A stretch of DNA of 64,000 nucleotides from Candidatus Omnitrophota bacterium (GCA_041651115.1 JBAZJY010000003.1:73829-137828); one strand, 5' to 3'. Counted from the first letter of the stretch, positions 46,807 through 57,519 are shown. Made by a program: numbers and translations. Notes: a model not told the origin generated them from the letters alone.

Positions 46807-49800
46807 TTAAGCATTCTCTTTTCTCTTCTTTTTCTCTTCCAATATCTTCGCGGCGATCTCAAAAGGAACCTGCATATATTTTTCAAAATGCATGGACGCG
46901 TTTGCCCTGCCGCTGGACAAAGAACGGAAATTCGTGGCATAGCCGAACATTTCTGCCAGCGGCGCTTCCGCATCAATGATCTTTTGTTTGCCCTTGGTGT
47001 CCATGCCAAGGATCTTACCGCGGCAGGAACAGATGTATCCGACAACGGCATTGACATATTCTTCGGGAGTAACGACTTCCAACGACATATATGGCTCAAG
47101 CAAAACCGGATCTGCCCGCATAAACGTCTCTTTAAAACAGCCGATCGCCGCCAGCTTAAACGCCAGTTCCGAAGAATCAACATCGTGAAAAGAACCGTCG
47201 GTAAGGTTAACTTTAATATTTACCACCGGATACCCGGCGTAAGCTCCGTTACGCATTGCCTCAACAACGCCTTTTTCTACTGCCGGGATGAACGACCGGG
47301 GGATCGCACCGCCCTTGATGCTGTTAATAAATTCAAATTCTTCTCCGGGTTCAGCCGGGATCAATTCCATCACTACGTGGCCGTATTGGCCGCGTCCGCC
47401 TGACTGCTTGATGTGCTTATATTCGCCCGAGACTTTCTTTAGTATGGTTTCCCGGTAAGCGACCTTGGGTTTGCCGACAACCGCGTCAACGCCGAATTCT
47501 ACTTTTAGCCGGTCGACAATAATCTCAAGATGCAGCTCGCCCATGCCGGTAAGGATCGTCTCTTTCGTTTCTTCGTCGGTTTCTACCTTGAATGTCGGGT
47601 CCTCTTCGGTAAGCTTTGCCAGGCCTTTGCCAAGCTTGTCCTGGTCTGCCTTGCCGGCCGGAGTAATACTAAGCGAAACTACCGGCACAGGGAACTCGAT
47701 CGCTTCCAGGAGCACCGGATGCTCCGGATCGCAAAGCGTATCGCCGGTTACAGTATTGCCGAGGCCGATCACTGCCACGATCTCTCCGGCAAGCGCCCTA
47801 TCCCTTGCTTCACGCTGATTAGCATGCATCTGCAATATCCTGCCGATGCGTTCCTTTTTATTTTTCGTAACATTAAAGACATAGGATCCGGTATCAAGGA
47901 ATCCGGAGTAGATCCTTAAATAAACAAGCTTGCCCATATGCGGGTCTGACTGGATCTTAAACGCCAGCGCGGAAAACGGCTCGCCGGTATCGGGCTTACG
48001 GCTGATCACCTTTTGCGCGTCATTTGGATCATGGCCGTCTACCGGAGGGACATCTAACGGCGAAGGCAAATAAGCGACAACCGCGTCCAAGAGTTTCTGC
48101 ACGCCCTTGTTCTTGAAAGACGCGCCGCAAAGCACCGGCACCATTTTATTGGCAACCGTTCCCTTGCGAATAGCCTGGGATAATTCTTCCGCGGTCAGCG
48201 AATCCGCGGACTCAAGGTATTTTTTCATCAGGGTATCGTCAAAGGCAGCCACGCGTTCAACCATGATATGCCGGTATTTGGCAGCAGCTTCCTTGTAATC
48301 CGCGGGGATCTCTTCAACCCTGTAACTCTTGCCCAGCGATTCGTCTTCATAATAATAAGCCTTCATTTCCAAAAGATCTACTACTCCCTGGAAATTCTCT
48401 TCCGCGCCGATGGGGATTTCAAGCGGAATGACGTTACCGCCCAGCTCCTCTTCGATCCCTTTGATCACCGCGAAAAAATCCGCGCCCATGCGGTCCATTT
48501 TATTGATAAAGGCGATCTTGGGGACGTTATATTTATTGGACTGATGCCAGACAGTTTCCGATTGCGGCTCGACTCCGCCTACGGCGCAAAATACCGCTAC
48601 TGCCCCGTCTAATACGCGCAGGCTGCGCTCGACCTCCGCGGTAAAATCAACGTGGCCGGGCGTATCGATGATATTAATCCGGTAATCCTTCCAGTAACAG
48701 GTAGTTGCCGCGGAAGTAATGGTAATGCCGCGCTCCTGCTCCTGCTTCATCCAATCCATCTGTGCCTTGCCTTCATGGACCTCGCCGATCTTGTGCGACC
48801 TGCCGGTATAAAAAAGAATACGTTCTGTTGTGGTAGTCTTACCGGCGTCGATATGCGCCATGATCCCGATATTGCGCACCATATTTAAATCTACTTTAGG
48901 AGCAGGCGCAGCTTCTTTGGGTGTTTCCGGGGCTGGCGGCTCGGACTCCGGAGTTTCAGGCTGCGGTTCAGGCGCAGATGGTTCAGGTTGCGGCTCCGGT
49001 ACAGCTGGCTCAGGCTGCGGTTCAGGTACGGTTAATTCAGGCTGCGGGGCTTCTTCCGGAACGGGCGCCGGGGTTTCTTCCGGAGTTGGCTGCGCGGTTT
49101 CTTCCTGCGCTGGTTGCGGAAGCTCTTCTTGCGCAGGCTGCGGCTGCGCCTTAAACTTCATCAGCTCATCAAATAATGCCTGCGCTTTATTCTCCTGCGC
49201 TTCCAGTTCCTTTTCCAGATCGCTGTATTCTTCGTTAAGCTTGACAAATTCCTGCTTCGGGACCCACTCGCTGGTTTCCTGCTGTTTTTTAAATACGGTG
49301 ATCGTATTAAGATGGTCTTTTAATTCTTTACTGAATTCATCAACCTGAAGCTTCAAGCGCTGGTTTTCTTCGTCTAACTTTTTATTTTTTTCTTCCAACG
49401 ACTGGTATTTTAAGTCAGCTTCGCGCATCTGCCGCGTTAAATCCACATTTTTGGCAAATTCATCCTGCAGGTCTTTTTCCTTTTTTATAAATCTTTTTTC
49501 CAGTTCATCAAATTGCGCTTTAAGTTTTACCGCCAACTCTTCTTCTTTAGCAACCCAGTCCTGCCTCCTGGCAAGTTCTGCTTTAAGGTCAGCTTCTCTT
49601 TTTAAAGCTGCGTCCAGTTCCGGACGAAGATTTTCCTGGGCGGGCTTTTGCTCTTGTGTATCCGGCAGAACAACGGCAGGCAACTCTTCTTTGTGTTTGC
49701 CAAACGAAAAGACTGGGGCCGGCTTAACCGGCTTGGGAGTTTTTGGGGGTTTTTTTGCCTTTTTGGAAGATGTATCTGACGGCAACAGGGCATAAGTTGC

Positions 49801-49845
49801 CAAGCCTACGCCGCAGAGGAATAGCGCCGCAAGTAATATGATCAT
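46807..49845 (-). CDS. fusA: Elongation factor G with a 320-aa N-terminal extension: TM anchor, coiled coil and Pro/Glu-rich linker
   Basis: 1012-aa continuous ORF. Residues ~325-1012 are canonical EF-G (G1 [10 protein letters not shown]3 DTPGHVDF, G4 NKMD, domain IV HDVDSSE). Residues 1-22 form a hydrophobic anchor, ~60-260 are heptad coiled coil, and ~262-320 are the (PEPQPEP)n repeat. Confidence 0.85.
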   Translation of the reverse strand: MIILLAALFLCGVGLATYALLPSDTSSKKAKKPPKTPKPVKPAPVFSFGKHKEELPAVVLPDTQEQKPAQENLRPELDAALKREADLKAELARRQDWVAKEEELAVKLKAQFDELEKRFIKKEKDLQDEFAKNVDLTRQMREADLKYQSLEEKNKKLDEENQRLKLQVDEFSKELKDHLNTITVFKKQQETSEWVPKQEFVKLNEEYSDLEKELEAQENKAQALFDELMKFKAQPQPAQEELPQPAQEETAQPTPEETPAPVPEEAPQPELTVPEPQPEPAVPEPQPEPSAPEPQPETPESEPPAPETPKEAAPAPKVDLNMVRNIGIMAHIDAGKTTTTERILFYTGRSHKIGEVHEGKAQMDWMKQEQERGITITSAATTCYWKDYRINIIDTPGHVDFTAEVERSLRVLDGAVAVFCAVGGVEPQSETVWHQSNKYNVPKIAFINKMDRMGADFFAVIKGIEEELGGNVIPLEIPIGAEENFQGVVDLLEMKAYYYEDESLGKSYRVEEIPADYKEAAAKYRHIMVERVAAFDDTLMKKYLESADSLTAEELSQAIRKGTVANKMVPVLCGASFKNKGVQKLLDAVVAYLPSPLDVPPVDGHDPNDAQKVISRKPDTGEPFSALAFKIQSDPHMGKLVYLRIYSGFLDTGSYVFNVTKNKKERIGRILQMHANQREARDRALAGEIVAVIGLGNTVTGDTLCDPEHPVLLEAIEFPVPVVSLSITPAGKADQDKLGKGLAKLTEEDPTFKVETDEETKETILTGMGELHLEIIVDRLKVEFGVDAVVGKPKVAYRETILKKVSGEYKHIKQSGGRGQYGHVVMELIPAEPGEEFEFINSIKGGAIPRSFIPAVEKGVVEAMRNGAYAGYPVVNIKVNLTDGSFHDVDSSELAFKLAAIGCFKETFMRADPVLLEPYMSLEVVTPEEYVNAVVGYICSCRGKILGMDTKGKQKIIDAEAPLAEMFGYATNFRSLSSGRANASMHFEKYMQVPFEIAAKILEEKKKRKENA
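48955..49060 (-). repeat. Imperfect tandem repeat of about 24-27 nt inside the EF-G-fusion ORF, encoding the (PEPQPEPxxP)n linker
   Basis: Plus-strand units ggctgcggttcaggcgcagatggttcaggttgcggctccggtacagctggctcaggctgcggttcaggtacgg. These translate on the minus strand to [24 protein letters not shown]. Confidence 0.6.
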
Positions 49846-49855
49846 ATGCTAGTGC

Positions 49856-52333
49856 CTAGACCGGAACATTCCATATTTCTTTGGCGTATTCCTTTATTGT
49901 CCGGTCGCTGGAAAATTTTCCGGACTTTGCAACGTTGATGATCGATTTTTTGGTCCACGCGGTCTTATCGTGGTAAAGCGCTGAAACTTTCTCTTGCACC
50001 GCGCAATATTGGTCAAAATCCGCGCAGATAAAATACGGATCCGAAAAAATAATGCTGTCCACAATCGGGCCAAAGAGGTTATAGTCTACGGGAGAAAAGA
50101 AATTGCTCTTGATCAGCTGTATTACCTCTTTTAACACCGGCGAGCGCTCAATATATTGCTGCGGGTCATAGCCGCCCTGCCTTATTTTTTCTATCTCTTC
50201 CACGGTCAGCCCGAAAATGAATATGTTATCATTACCCACAGCCTCCGCGATCTCTATGTTAGCTCCGTCAAAGGTGCCCACGGTAAGCGCGCCGTTCATC
50301 ATAAATTTCATGCACCCCGTGCCTGAGGCTTCGGTACCGGCAGTGGATATCTGCTCGGAAAGTTCGGATGCCGGAAATATTTTTTCCGCCAGCGACACGC
50401 GGTAATTTTCCAGAAAAACCACCTTCAACCGGTCATTTATATCTTTATCTTTATTGACTACGCCGGCAATGCTATTGATGAATTTAATGATCAGCTTGGC
50501 CATAAAATAACCCGGGGCGGCCTTGCCGCTGACAATGAACGTGCGCGGGATAATCGCGGCATGCGGGTTCTTTTTTATCCTTAAATACTGCGCGATGATA
50601 AAAAGGCCGAACAAAAGCTGGCGCTTATACTCATGGATCCTTTTTATGTGCACGTCAAACATTGATTCCGGATGCACGGAAATACCGGTTGTTTTATGGA
50701 TATAATCCACCAGGGCTTTTTTGTTTACTTTTTTAACCTCCTGCCAGCGCTTGCGAAAGGCATCGTCCTCTGTCAGGGGAAGCAGCTTTTCCAGCTCGAA
50801 CAGGTCGGATATCCACTTGTCCCCGATCGTATCCGAAATCAGGCCGGAAAGCCGGATATTGGATTTTTGCAGCCACCGTCGCTGGGTGATGCCGTTAGTC
50901 TTATTATTGAACCGTTCGGGAAAAAATTCAAAGAAATCTTTAAAGAGCTGCGTCTTTAAAAGTTCGCTGTGCAGGCGGGAAACCCCGTTAACCGAATGCG
51001 AGCCGATCAGAGAAAGAAAAGCCATACGGATCCGCTTGGGGTCGCCCTCTTCAATGATCGACATCCTGCGGATGCGGTCGGTATCGCCGGGGAAACGCGT
51101 GGCCACTTCGTGCAGAAAACGCATGTTTATTTCATAGATCAATTGCAGGTGGCGCGGCAGCAGTTTTTCAAATAAATTCACCTTCCATGACTCCAGGGCC
51201 TCCGGCATCACGGTGTGATTGGTATAGGCGAACGTGCGGACCGTGATATCCCAAGCCGTATCCCAATCAAGGTTTTCTTCGTCTATAAGGATGCGCATCA
51301 GCTCGACGATTGCCAGGGATGGGTGCGTATCGTTAAGCTGTATCGCCACCTTATCGGGGAAAGAACGGAAATCGGAATTCTCCATCTTGAACCGGCGGAT
51401 AATATCGGCAATGGAAGCGGCAGTAAAGAAATATTCCTGCTTTAAACGCAGCTCCCTGCCCTGGCTGACACTGTCATTGGGATAAAGGACTTTGGAGATA
51501 TTTTCCGAAAATACTTTATTATATACTGCGTGCTCATAATCGCCGTCGTTAAAATATTTCAGGTCAAACTCTTCGGTACTGCGCGCCGACCAAAGGCGCA
51601 GGGTATTAACGACATCGCTCTTAAACCCTGCTACCGGGATATCATAAGGGCTTGCCAATACATCTTCCGTATCCACCCATTTTACGCGCAGCTTCCCCTT
51701 ACCGTCGTTAAACATATAGGTATGGCCGTTAAAATGCACCTTTACCGTATATTCCGGCCGGGCAAATTCCCAGGGGCTGCCGCGCCGCAGCCATTCATCG
51801 GGAAATTCAATCTGATAACCGTTGATTATCCGTTGGTTAAATATCCCGTATTCATATCTTATGCCGTAGCCGTGCGCGGGAATGCCCATCGTAGCCATTG
51901 AATCAAGAAAACATGCCGCCAGCCTGCCCAAACCGCCGTTACCCAAGCCGGCGTCAGGCTCGCAATCTCGTATTTCCTCAAGGTTAAAACCGAGGTCTTC
52001 CATCGCCTCCCGCACCTCATCCCAAAGCCCTAAATTCAGGATATTTGTGCCTAAAAGCCTGCCGATAAGGAATTCAAGCGAAAAGTAATAGACCCTTTTC
52101 ACGTTATCGCGATGGTATCTTTGCTGGGTGGCGATCCAGCGCTCAATCAGCCTGTCCCTGATGCCGATTGCCAGCGCCCAGAAATCATCGGTAAGAGTAG
52201 CAGTATACTGATCTTTGGCAAGGGTATATTCCCGGTTGGCAAGGAAAGAGCGCTCCACTCCTTCCTTGGTCATGTCTTTATGAATGCTTACCCAACTGGT
52301 ATCGTTACGGTTATCCATCTTTACCCGCTCCAC
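49856..52333 (-). CDS. glgP: Glycogen/alpha-glucan phosphorylase
   Basis: 825 aa. The PLP-site motif EASGTGCMKFMMNGA is diagnostic. Confidence 0.95.
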   Translation of the reverse strand: MERVKMDNRNDTSWVSIHKDMTKEGVERSFLANREYTLAKDQYTATLTDDFWALAIGIRDRLIERWIATQQRYHRDNVKRVYYFSLEFLIGRLLGTNILNLGLWDEVREAMEDLGFNLEEIRDCEPDAGLGNGGLGRLAACFLDSMATMGIPAHGYGIRYEYGIFNQRIINGYQIEFPDEWLRRGSPWEFARPEYTVKVHFNGHTYMFNDGKGKLRVKWVDTEDVLASPYDIPVAGFKSDVVNTLRLWSARSTEEFDLKYFNDGDYEHAVYNKVFSENISKVLYPNDSVSQGRELRLKQEYFFTAASIADIIRRFKMENSDFRSFPDKVAIQLNDTHPSLAIVELMRILIDEENLDWDTAWDITVRTFAYTNHTVMPEALESWKVNLFEKLLPRHLQLIYEINMRFLHEVATRFPGDTDRIRRMSIIEEGDPKRIRMAFLSLIGSHSVNGVSRLHSELLKTQLFKDFFEFFPERFNNKTNGITQRRWLQKSNIRLSGLISDTIGDKWISDLFELEKLLPLTEDDAFRKRWQEVKKVNKKALVDYIHKTTGISVHPESMFDVHIKRIHEYKRQLLFGLFIIAQYLRIKKNPHAAIIPRTFIVSGKAAPGYFMAKLIIKFINSIAGVVNKDKDINDRLKVVFLENYRVSLAEKIFPASELSEQISTAGTEASGTGCMKFMMNGALTVGTFDGANIEIAEAVGNDNIFIFGLTVEEIEKIRQGGYDPQQYIERSPVLKEVIQLIKSNFFSPVDYNLFGPIVDSIIFSDPYFICADFDQYCAVQEKVSALYHDKTAWTKKSIINVAKSGKFSSDRTIKEYAKEIWNVPV

Positions 52334-52641
52334 ATTGAAAGGTGCTTACCGTCGTCAAACCAAAGCGTAATGTTTTTACCGGAATCCGGCCGGTAGATCA
52401 ATCTTACTATACAGCCGGCAATAAGCATATCATCCGCGTTGCCGTATTCTGAACGAATGCTATCCAGGGTCGCGCCGACTGCTATTTTACCCGAAGTCAA
52501 GTCCTGTAACAGGCTGTTTTTTGAGGCTGCGGTTGACGCGGCATAAGTCTTTACAATATCCTCTTTCTGACACGGAATGCCTGCCGTAGTGCACCCGGAC
52601 AAAAATAACCCGATAACCAGCAAAATAACCGCCTTTTTCAT
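52321..52641 (-). CDS. Hypothetical lipoprotein
   Basis: 106 aa. Signal peptide with lipobox LSGC. Confidence 0.45.
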   Translation of the reverse strand: MKKAVILLVIGLFLSGCTTAGIPCQKEDIVKTYAASTAASKNSLLQDLTSGKIAVGATLDSIRSEYGNADDMLIAGCIVRLIYRPDSGKNITLWFDDGKHLSMWSG

Positions 52642-52716
52642 CTTTAGCCCCTCCGATTATAGAAAACACCGTACTTTAGTGTTCTATTATATCACTTTAT
52701 CGCCAAAAAAAAAGCA

Positions 52717-53850
52717 TTATGCCATTCGTTTCCTGAACCGCAAAGTGCTAAGGGTGATCACGATAAAACCGGTAACCAAAAGCGGGATAAATTGCGGCCA
52801 AAGTACCTCTATGCCCACGCCCTTTAAAAATATACCCCTGATTATCGTCAGAAAATAACGCATTGGATTAATCAATGTGAACCATTGTATCACCTGCGGC
52901 ATATTCGCGATCGGATAGGCAAACCCGGAAAGCAGGAAAGTCGGCATATAAAAAAGAAACACCGACATCATTGCTTCCTGCTGGGTGGAAGCAATCGTAG
53001 AAATGAACAGGCCTGCCCCTAAAGTAGTAAACAGGTAGGTGCAGGTGGCAAGGAACAATAAAAATAAACTGCCTCTAAAAGGTATATGGAACCAGAAAAT
53101 TCCCAGAGAAGTAATAAGTGTGGACTGGATCAGCGCGATCACGCCGAAAGGCAGGAGCTTGCCGAAGATAAGTTCAAGCGGTTTTAAAGGGCTAACGATC
53201 AACTGCTCCATCGTGCCGATCTCTTTTTCCCTGACAATCGCCATAGCCGTAAGCAAAAGCGACATGATCGTGACGATAGAAGCAATTACTCCCGGCAGAT
53301 AATAATTGCGGGAGATGAGGTTCTCGTTGAACCAGGCGCGGTCCCTTAGATCAACGTTCGGCAGGCTGATCTCTTTGCCTGTTTCGGCAATCCGCTCCTT
53401 AACCAGGTCAGACTGGTATTTGCTGATGATCGTGCCGGCATAGCCTGAAATGATCATTGCGGTGTTTGAATCAGTACCGTCAACGATCAGTTGGATATCC
53501 GCGTTCTTCCCGGCCTTCACGTTGCGGCCAAAACCGCGGTCAATGCGTAACACCGCGCTTACCTGGCTTTTATCAATCACGCGGTCCTGTTCGCCTTCGC
53601 TGTGAATATAATATTTCGGCACAAAATATTTGGAATAAGTGAACCTGCGCAGGAGCTGGCGGCTTTCTTTAGTATTATCCTGGTCATAAATTACAGTGGG
53701 AATAAAATCAATGTCTTTGTTGGCGGCATAGCCAAAAAGGATGATCTGGATAAGCGGAGAAATAAAAATAACCGTCTTCATCCGCGGGTCGCGCAAGACC
53801 TGCTTGAATTCTTTGATCAATACAGCTTTTGCCCTTTCAAAACTGAACAT
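52717..53850 (-). CDS. ABC-2 type transporter permease
   Basis: 377 aa. N-terminal TM helix, large periplasmic loop, then 5 C-terminal TM helices (YbhR/YbhS-like topology). Confidence 0.75.
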   Translation of the reverse strand: MFSFERAKAVLIKEFKQVLRDPRMKTVIFISPLIQIILFGYAANKDIDFIPTVIYDQDNTKESRQLLRRFTYSKYFVPKYYIHSEGEQDRVIDKSQVSAVLRIDRGFGRNVKAGKNADIQLIVDGTDSNTAMIISGYAGTIISKYQSDLVKERIAETGKEISLPNVDLRDRAWFNENLISRNYYLPGVIASIVTIMSLLLTAMAIVREKEIGTMEQLIVSPLKPLELIFGKLLPFGVIALIQSTLITSLGIFWFHIPFRGSLFLLFLATCTYLFTTLGAGLFISTIASTQQEAMMSVFLFYMPTFLLSGFAYPIANMPQVIQWFTLINPMRYFLTIIRGIFLKGVGIEVLWPQFIPLLVTGFIVITLSTLRFRKRMA

Positions 53851-53851
53851 T

Positions 53852-54985
53852 TTATGCTACCTTTTTTTTGAACCCTCTGATCGCCAGGCTGAACATCAAA
53901 AGCGCGAACAAAAACAAAAAAACCGCCTCATCCCACATCACGTCTATGCCGTTACCTTTCAGGAACAACCCCCTTAAGATAATAATATAATAACGCGCGG
54001 GAATGAAATAAGTCACTCCCTGGATCACCTGCGGCATATTAAAGATCGGATAAATGAACCCAGACAAAAGCATAGTCGGAATAAAGGTGGTCAGGGTCGC
54101 CAGCTGGCTGGCTAATAATTGCGTGCGGGTAACCGTAGAGATCAATATTCCCTGCGACAGGGCTCCGATCAGAAATAATGCGCTTAGAATGACCAATACG
54201 ATATAGCTGCCCCTGAACGGGACGCCGAATAAGAACCTGGCCATGATCACGCCCACAAAAAGGTCAAAAAAACCAATAGTAAAATACGGCAGGAATTTCC
54301 CGATCACAAGCTCCGGCGGCTTAACAGGCGTAGAGATCAGCTGCTCCATTGTGCCTCTTTCCCATTCCTTGGCAATACAGATAGAAGTAAGCAGCGCTGC
54401 GATGATCATAATAATCATCGCGATCACGCCGGGGACAATGAACCATCTGCTATTTAAGCCCATATTAAACCAAACCCGCGAACGCATATCTACTGCCGCA
54501 GCAGGCTTAATGCCGTAATGGGCAAGCGTGTCCGACAATAACCGCACATTATACCTGGAAACTACCGCGCGCACGTAATTCATGGCAATGGTAGCGGTAT
54601 TAGAGTCGCTGCCGTCAACCAAGAGCTGCAGCGGAGCGGTCTTGCCGGAATCAAGATAATGGGAAAAATCTTTAGGGATAACCAGCGCCATCATTGCCTC
54701 GCCGCTGTTGATCAGGCGTTCAATCTCTCTATAGTTATCCGTATAGCGGATTATTTTAAAATATTTGGAATATTTGAAATTAAGCAAAAAATCTCGGGTA
54801 ACCTGCGAAGAAGCATCCTGGTTCCATACCACTGTGCGCACCCGGTCAATATCCAGGGACAAACCGTAGCCAAAGATCAAAAGCAGGATCACCGGGATAA
54901 CTATTGCCAGGCCTAAAGAACGCGGGTCGCGCTTGATCTGGATGAATTCTTTACTGGAGATGGCCAATATTCTTTTTAAGTTCAT
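53852..54985 (-). CDS. ABC-2 type transporter permease (second paralogue)
   Basis: 377 aa, same topology. It is paralogous to the preceding gene, sharing MEQLIxxPxKPxELxxGK. Confidence 0.75.
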   Translation of the reverse strand: MNLKRILAISSKEFIQIKRDPRSLGLAIVIPVILLLIFGYGLSLDIDRVRTVVWNQDASSQVTRDFLLNFKYSKYFKIIRYTDNYREIERLINSGEAMMALVIPKDFSHYLDSGKTAPLQLLVDGSDSNTATIAMNYVRAVVSRYNVRLLSDTLAHYGIKPAAAVDMRSRVWFNMGLNSRWFIVPGVIAMIIMIIAALLTSICIAKEWERGTMEQLISTPVKPPELVIGKFLPYFTIGFFDLFVGVIMARFLFGVPFRGSYIVLVILSALFLIGALSQGILISTVTRTQLLASQLATLTTFIPTMLLSGFIYPIFNMPQVIQGVTYFIPARYYIIILRGLFLKGNGIDVMWDEAVFLFLFALLMFSLAIRGFKKKVA

Positions 54986-55932
54986 GTTGCCTTATGCTCC
55001 GCGTCGTAATTTTCAATCAGGGAAACAAAGACATCTTCCAGGGAAGCCTTGATCTTAAGGATAGAAAAACCTGTTGCCCCTTCCTTCTCTAAAAGGCTTT
55101 TTATTTCCCGGCCGGCTTTTTGGGCCTCATAGACCACGGCATGAATATTCACCCCGAAAAGCGCGACCTCCTTGACCGACTCAAGCCCGGAAATCTTCTC
55201 TGTCCATTTTTCGGCCTGCGGCATGATTATTTCAAGGATATCATTCTGCATGATCCTGGTCTTCATCTCTTCGGGGCTGCCCATCGCGATCATCGTGCCG
55301 TGATAGATCATTACCAGGCGGTTGCAGTTCTCCGCTTCATCCATATAATGCGTGGTCACAAAGATCGTCCTGCCCTGCGAAGCCATTTCCCTGATGATCT
55401 TCCAGAAATTACTGCGGGTGATCGGGTCAACCCCGGACGTCGGCTCATCCAAAAAAATAATATTCGGCTGATGGATGATCGCGCATCCTAATGCCAGGCG
55501 CTGTTTCCATCCTCCGGAAAGCGTGCTGGTCAGGCTTGAGCGGAATTCTTCAATGCCGGCTAATTTTATCGTTTCATCACTGCGTTTTTTTCTTTCGTTT
55601 TCAGGGATGCCGTAAATGCGGCTGTAAAAATCAACGTTCTCTTCCACGGTAAGGTCGTCATAAAGAGAAAACTTCTGGGACATATAGCCGATGTGCTGCT
55701 TGATCTTATACTGCTCTTTGATTATGTCAAAGCCGCCTACCGTACCGCTTCCGGAAGTAGGCGAGTAAATGCCGCAGAGCATCCTGATAGTCGTGGATTT
55801 TCCCGCGCCGTTAGGGCCGAGAAACCCAAAGATCTCCCCCTGCCTTACTTCAAAATTGATCTGGTTAACCGCGATAAATTCCCCAAACCTTTTTTCCAGG
55901 TTTTTTACGCTTACCGCGATATTATCGTTCAT
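54982..55932 (-). CDS. ABC transporter ATP-binding protein
   Basis: Walker A (GPNGAGKST), signature (LSGGWKQR) and Walker B (IIFLDEPTSGVD). Confidence 0.9.
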   Translation of the reverse strand: MNDNIAVSVKNLEKRFGEFIAVNQINFEVRQGEIFGFLGPNGAGKSTTIRMLCGIYSPTSGSGTVGGFDIIKEQYKIKQHIGYMSQKFSLYDDLTVEENVDFYSRIYGIPENERKKRSDETIKLAGIEEFRSSLTSTLSGGWKQRLALGCAIIHQPNIIFLDEPTSGVDPITRSNFWKIIREMASQGRTIFVTTHYMDEAENCNRLVMIYHGTMIAMGSPEEMKTRIMQNDILEIIMPQAEKWTEKISGLESVKEVALFGVNIHAVVYEAQKAGREIKSLLEKEGATGFSILKIKASLEDVFVSLIENYDAEHKAT

Positions 55933-56714
55933 GCCTTGTTTGCCTCATAATCACCGACGATCTTAATAAACGCCTCTTCCAAAGTCTTGACATTGTATTC
56001 CTGTTTGATCTTATCCGGGGTCTCGCATCTTAAAAGCCTGCCTTTATGGATCAAGCCGACCCTGCGGCAGCGCTCTGCCTCATCAAGATAAGAAGTAGAA
56101 TACAATATGGTTACTTTTTCTTTTAAAAGGTCGTAGAGTATTTTCCAGAAATCGCGGCGGGAAACCGGGTCAACGCCATTGGTCGGTTCATCAAGGAATA
56201 AAACTTTGGGGGTATGGATCAACGCGCAGGAAAGCCCGAGTTTTTGCTTCATGCCTCCGGAAAGCTTGCCTGCCAGCCGCTGTTTAAAAGGAGTCAGCCC
56301 GGAGAAACCCAAGAGCCTTTCAATGGTAGCTCCGCGGCTTTGTTTCGGCACGCAGAAAACATCGGCATAAAAATTAATATTTTCTAAAACCGTCAATTCT
56401 TCATAAAGCCCGAAGCGTTGAGACATATAAGCGATATTCTCTTTCAACGCTTCAGCTTCCTTGACGATGTGTTTATTATATACCCAGCCTTCGCCTTCCG
56501 TGGGGTCAAGTATGCCGGTCAAAAGCCGCATAGTCGTGGTCTTGCCTGCGCCGTCAGGCCCGACCAGCCCGAAGATCTCGCCTTCCTCGATCTCAAGGTC
56601 AAGCTTATTTACGGCAGTATTATTGCCGAATTTTCTTGTCAGGCCGGTTGCTTTTATGGTTATCATACTATTCGATGATATAGGCGTCCGCAGGCATGCC
56701 GGGCTTAAGCTCAA
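55929..56714 (-). CDS. ABC transporter ATP-binding protein (second)
   Basis: Walker A (GPDGAGKTT), signature (LSGGMKQK) and Walker B (VLFLDEPTNGVD). Confidence 0.9.
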   Translation of the reverse strand: MSLSPACLRTPISSNSMITIKATGLTRKFGNNTAVNKLDLEIEEGEIFGLVGPDGAGKTTTMRLLTGILDPTEGEGWVYNKHIVKEAEALKENIAYMSQRFGLYEELTVLENINFYADVFCVPKQSRGATIERLLGFSGLTPFKQRLAGKLSGGMKQKLGLSCALIHTPKVLFLDEPTNGVDPVSRRDFWKILYDLLKEKVTILYSTSYLDEAERCRRVGLIHKGRLLRCETPDKIKQEYNVKTLEEAFIKIVGDYEANKA

Positions 56715-57519
56715 GGCTGGAATTATCTACTCTCACCTTTATCCTGTAAACTAGCTTTACCCTTTCTTCCGTGGTCTGGATGGTCTTGGGAGTGAATTCT
56801 GCTTCGCTGGAAATGAAAGAAACCCTGCCCTTATATTTCTTTCCCGGATACGTATCAGTAACAACCTCTGCCTCCTGATTAAGTTTTACCCTGGCCAGGT
56901 CTGTCTCATTAATATAAGCAGTAACCCATATATTATTCAAATCAATGGCGGTAAATACGGGCGTACCCGGCTGGACTACCTCTCCGGCAAGAGAACTTTT
57001 CACTAGAACAAAACCGTTTAACGGCGAGGCCAGCTCCGCAAAACCAAGCCGTGTCTCAGCAAGCTCCAAAGAAGCTTTTAACTGTTCAACATCTGCCCTG
57101 TCCGCGTCAAATTTTGTCTGCGCCTCGTCTCTTTTTTGGGCGGAAACTGCCCCGGCCTCAAAAAGGTTTTTTGCCCTTTGGTAATCAAGCCGCGATAATT
57201 CATAATCATATTCCGCAGCTTTCAGGCTTGCCGCTGCTTCGTTCCTTATCTTGCTCAATTCATCGGTATTCAAGCGGGCTACTGTCTCGCCCTGCTTGAC
57301 TACCTTGCCTTCGTCGGTCAAGAGCTCAATGATCTGGCCGTTGACGCGGAAAGAAATACGCACGTCATCACCTTCAATGTTACCGGAAACTTTTATCCAT
57401 TTATCATGGATCCTCTTCTTAATGAAAGATCCCGCGCCCCAGAATAACGCAGCGATGCCTAACGCGATGATCACGATCACCCGGATAGACTTCTTATCTA
57501 ATTTAATCGGTTTTTTCAT
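56668..57519 (-). CDS. HlyD-family membrane fusion protein
   Basis: 283 aa. N-terminal TM anchor, coiled-coil hairpin and beta-barrel-like C-terminus. It sits upstream of the two ABC ATPase and two ABC-2 permease genes, as in YbhG. Confidence 0.8.
   Translation of the reverse strand: MKKPIKLDKKSIRVIVIIALGIAALFWGAGSFIKKRIHDKWIKVSGNIEGDDVRISFRVNGQIIELLTDEGKVVKQGETVARLNTDELSKIRNEAAASLKAAEYDYELSRLDYQRAKNLFEAGAVSAQKRDEAQTKFDADRADVEQLKASLELAETRLGFAELASPLNGFVLVKSSLAGEVVQPGTPVFTAIDLNNIWVTAYINETDLARVKLNQEAEVVTDTYPGKKYKGRVSFISSEAEFTPKTIQTTEERVKLVYRIKVRVDNSSLELKPGMPADAYIIE

Noticed and set aside
46779-47183. 134-aa minus-strand ORF overlapping the EF-G C-terminus
   Set aside because: It is an alternative frame inside the strongly supported EF-G coding region.
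48880-48900. Independent start of EF-G at the internal Met (MVRNIGI), which would make the upstream part a separate gene
   Set aside because: There is no stop codon between the two parts and no Shine-Dalgarno-like sequence before that ATG. The internal Met lies about 8 residues inside the canonical EF-G N-terminus. It is kept as a caveat within the finding.
48830-49348. 172-aa plus-strand ORF (Gly/Ser/Cys-rich)
   Set aside because: It is antisense to the PE-rich tandem repeat of the EF-G-fusion gene, and the repeat creates an artificial open frame.
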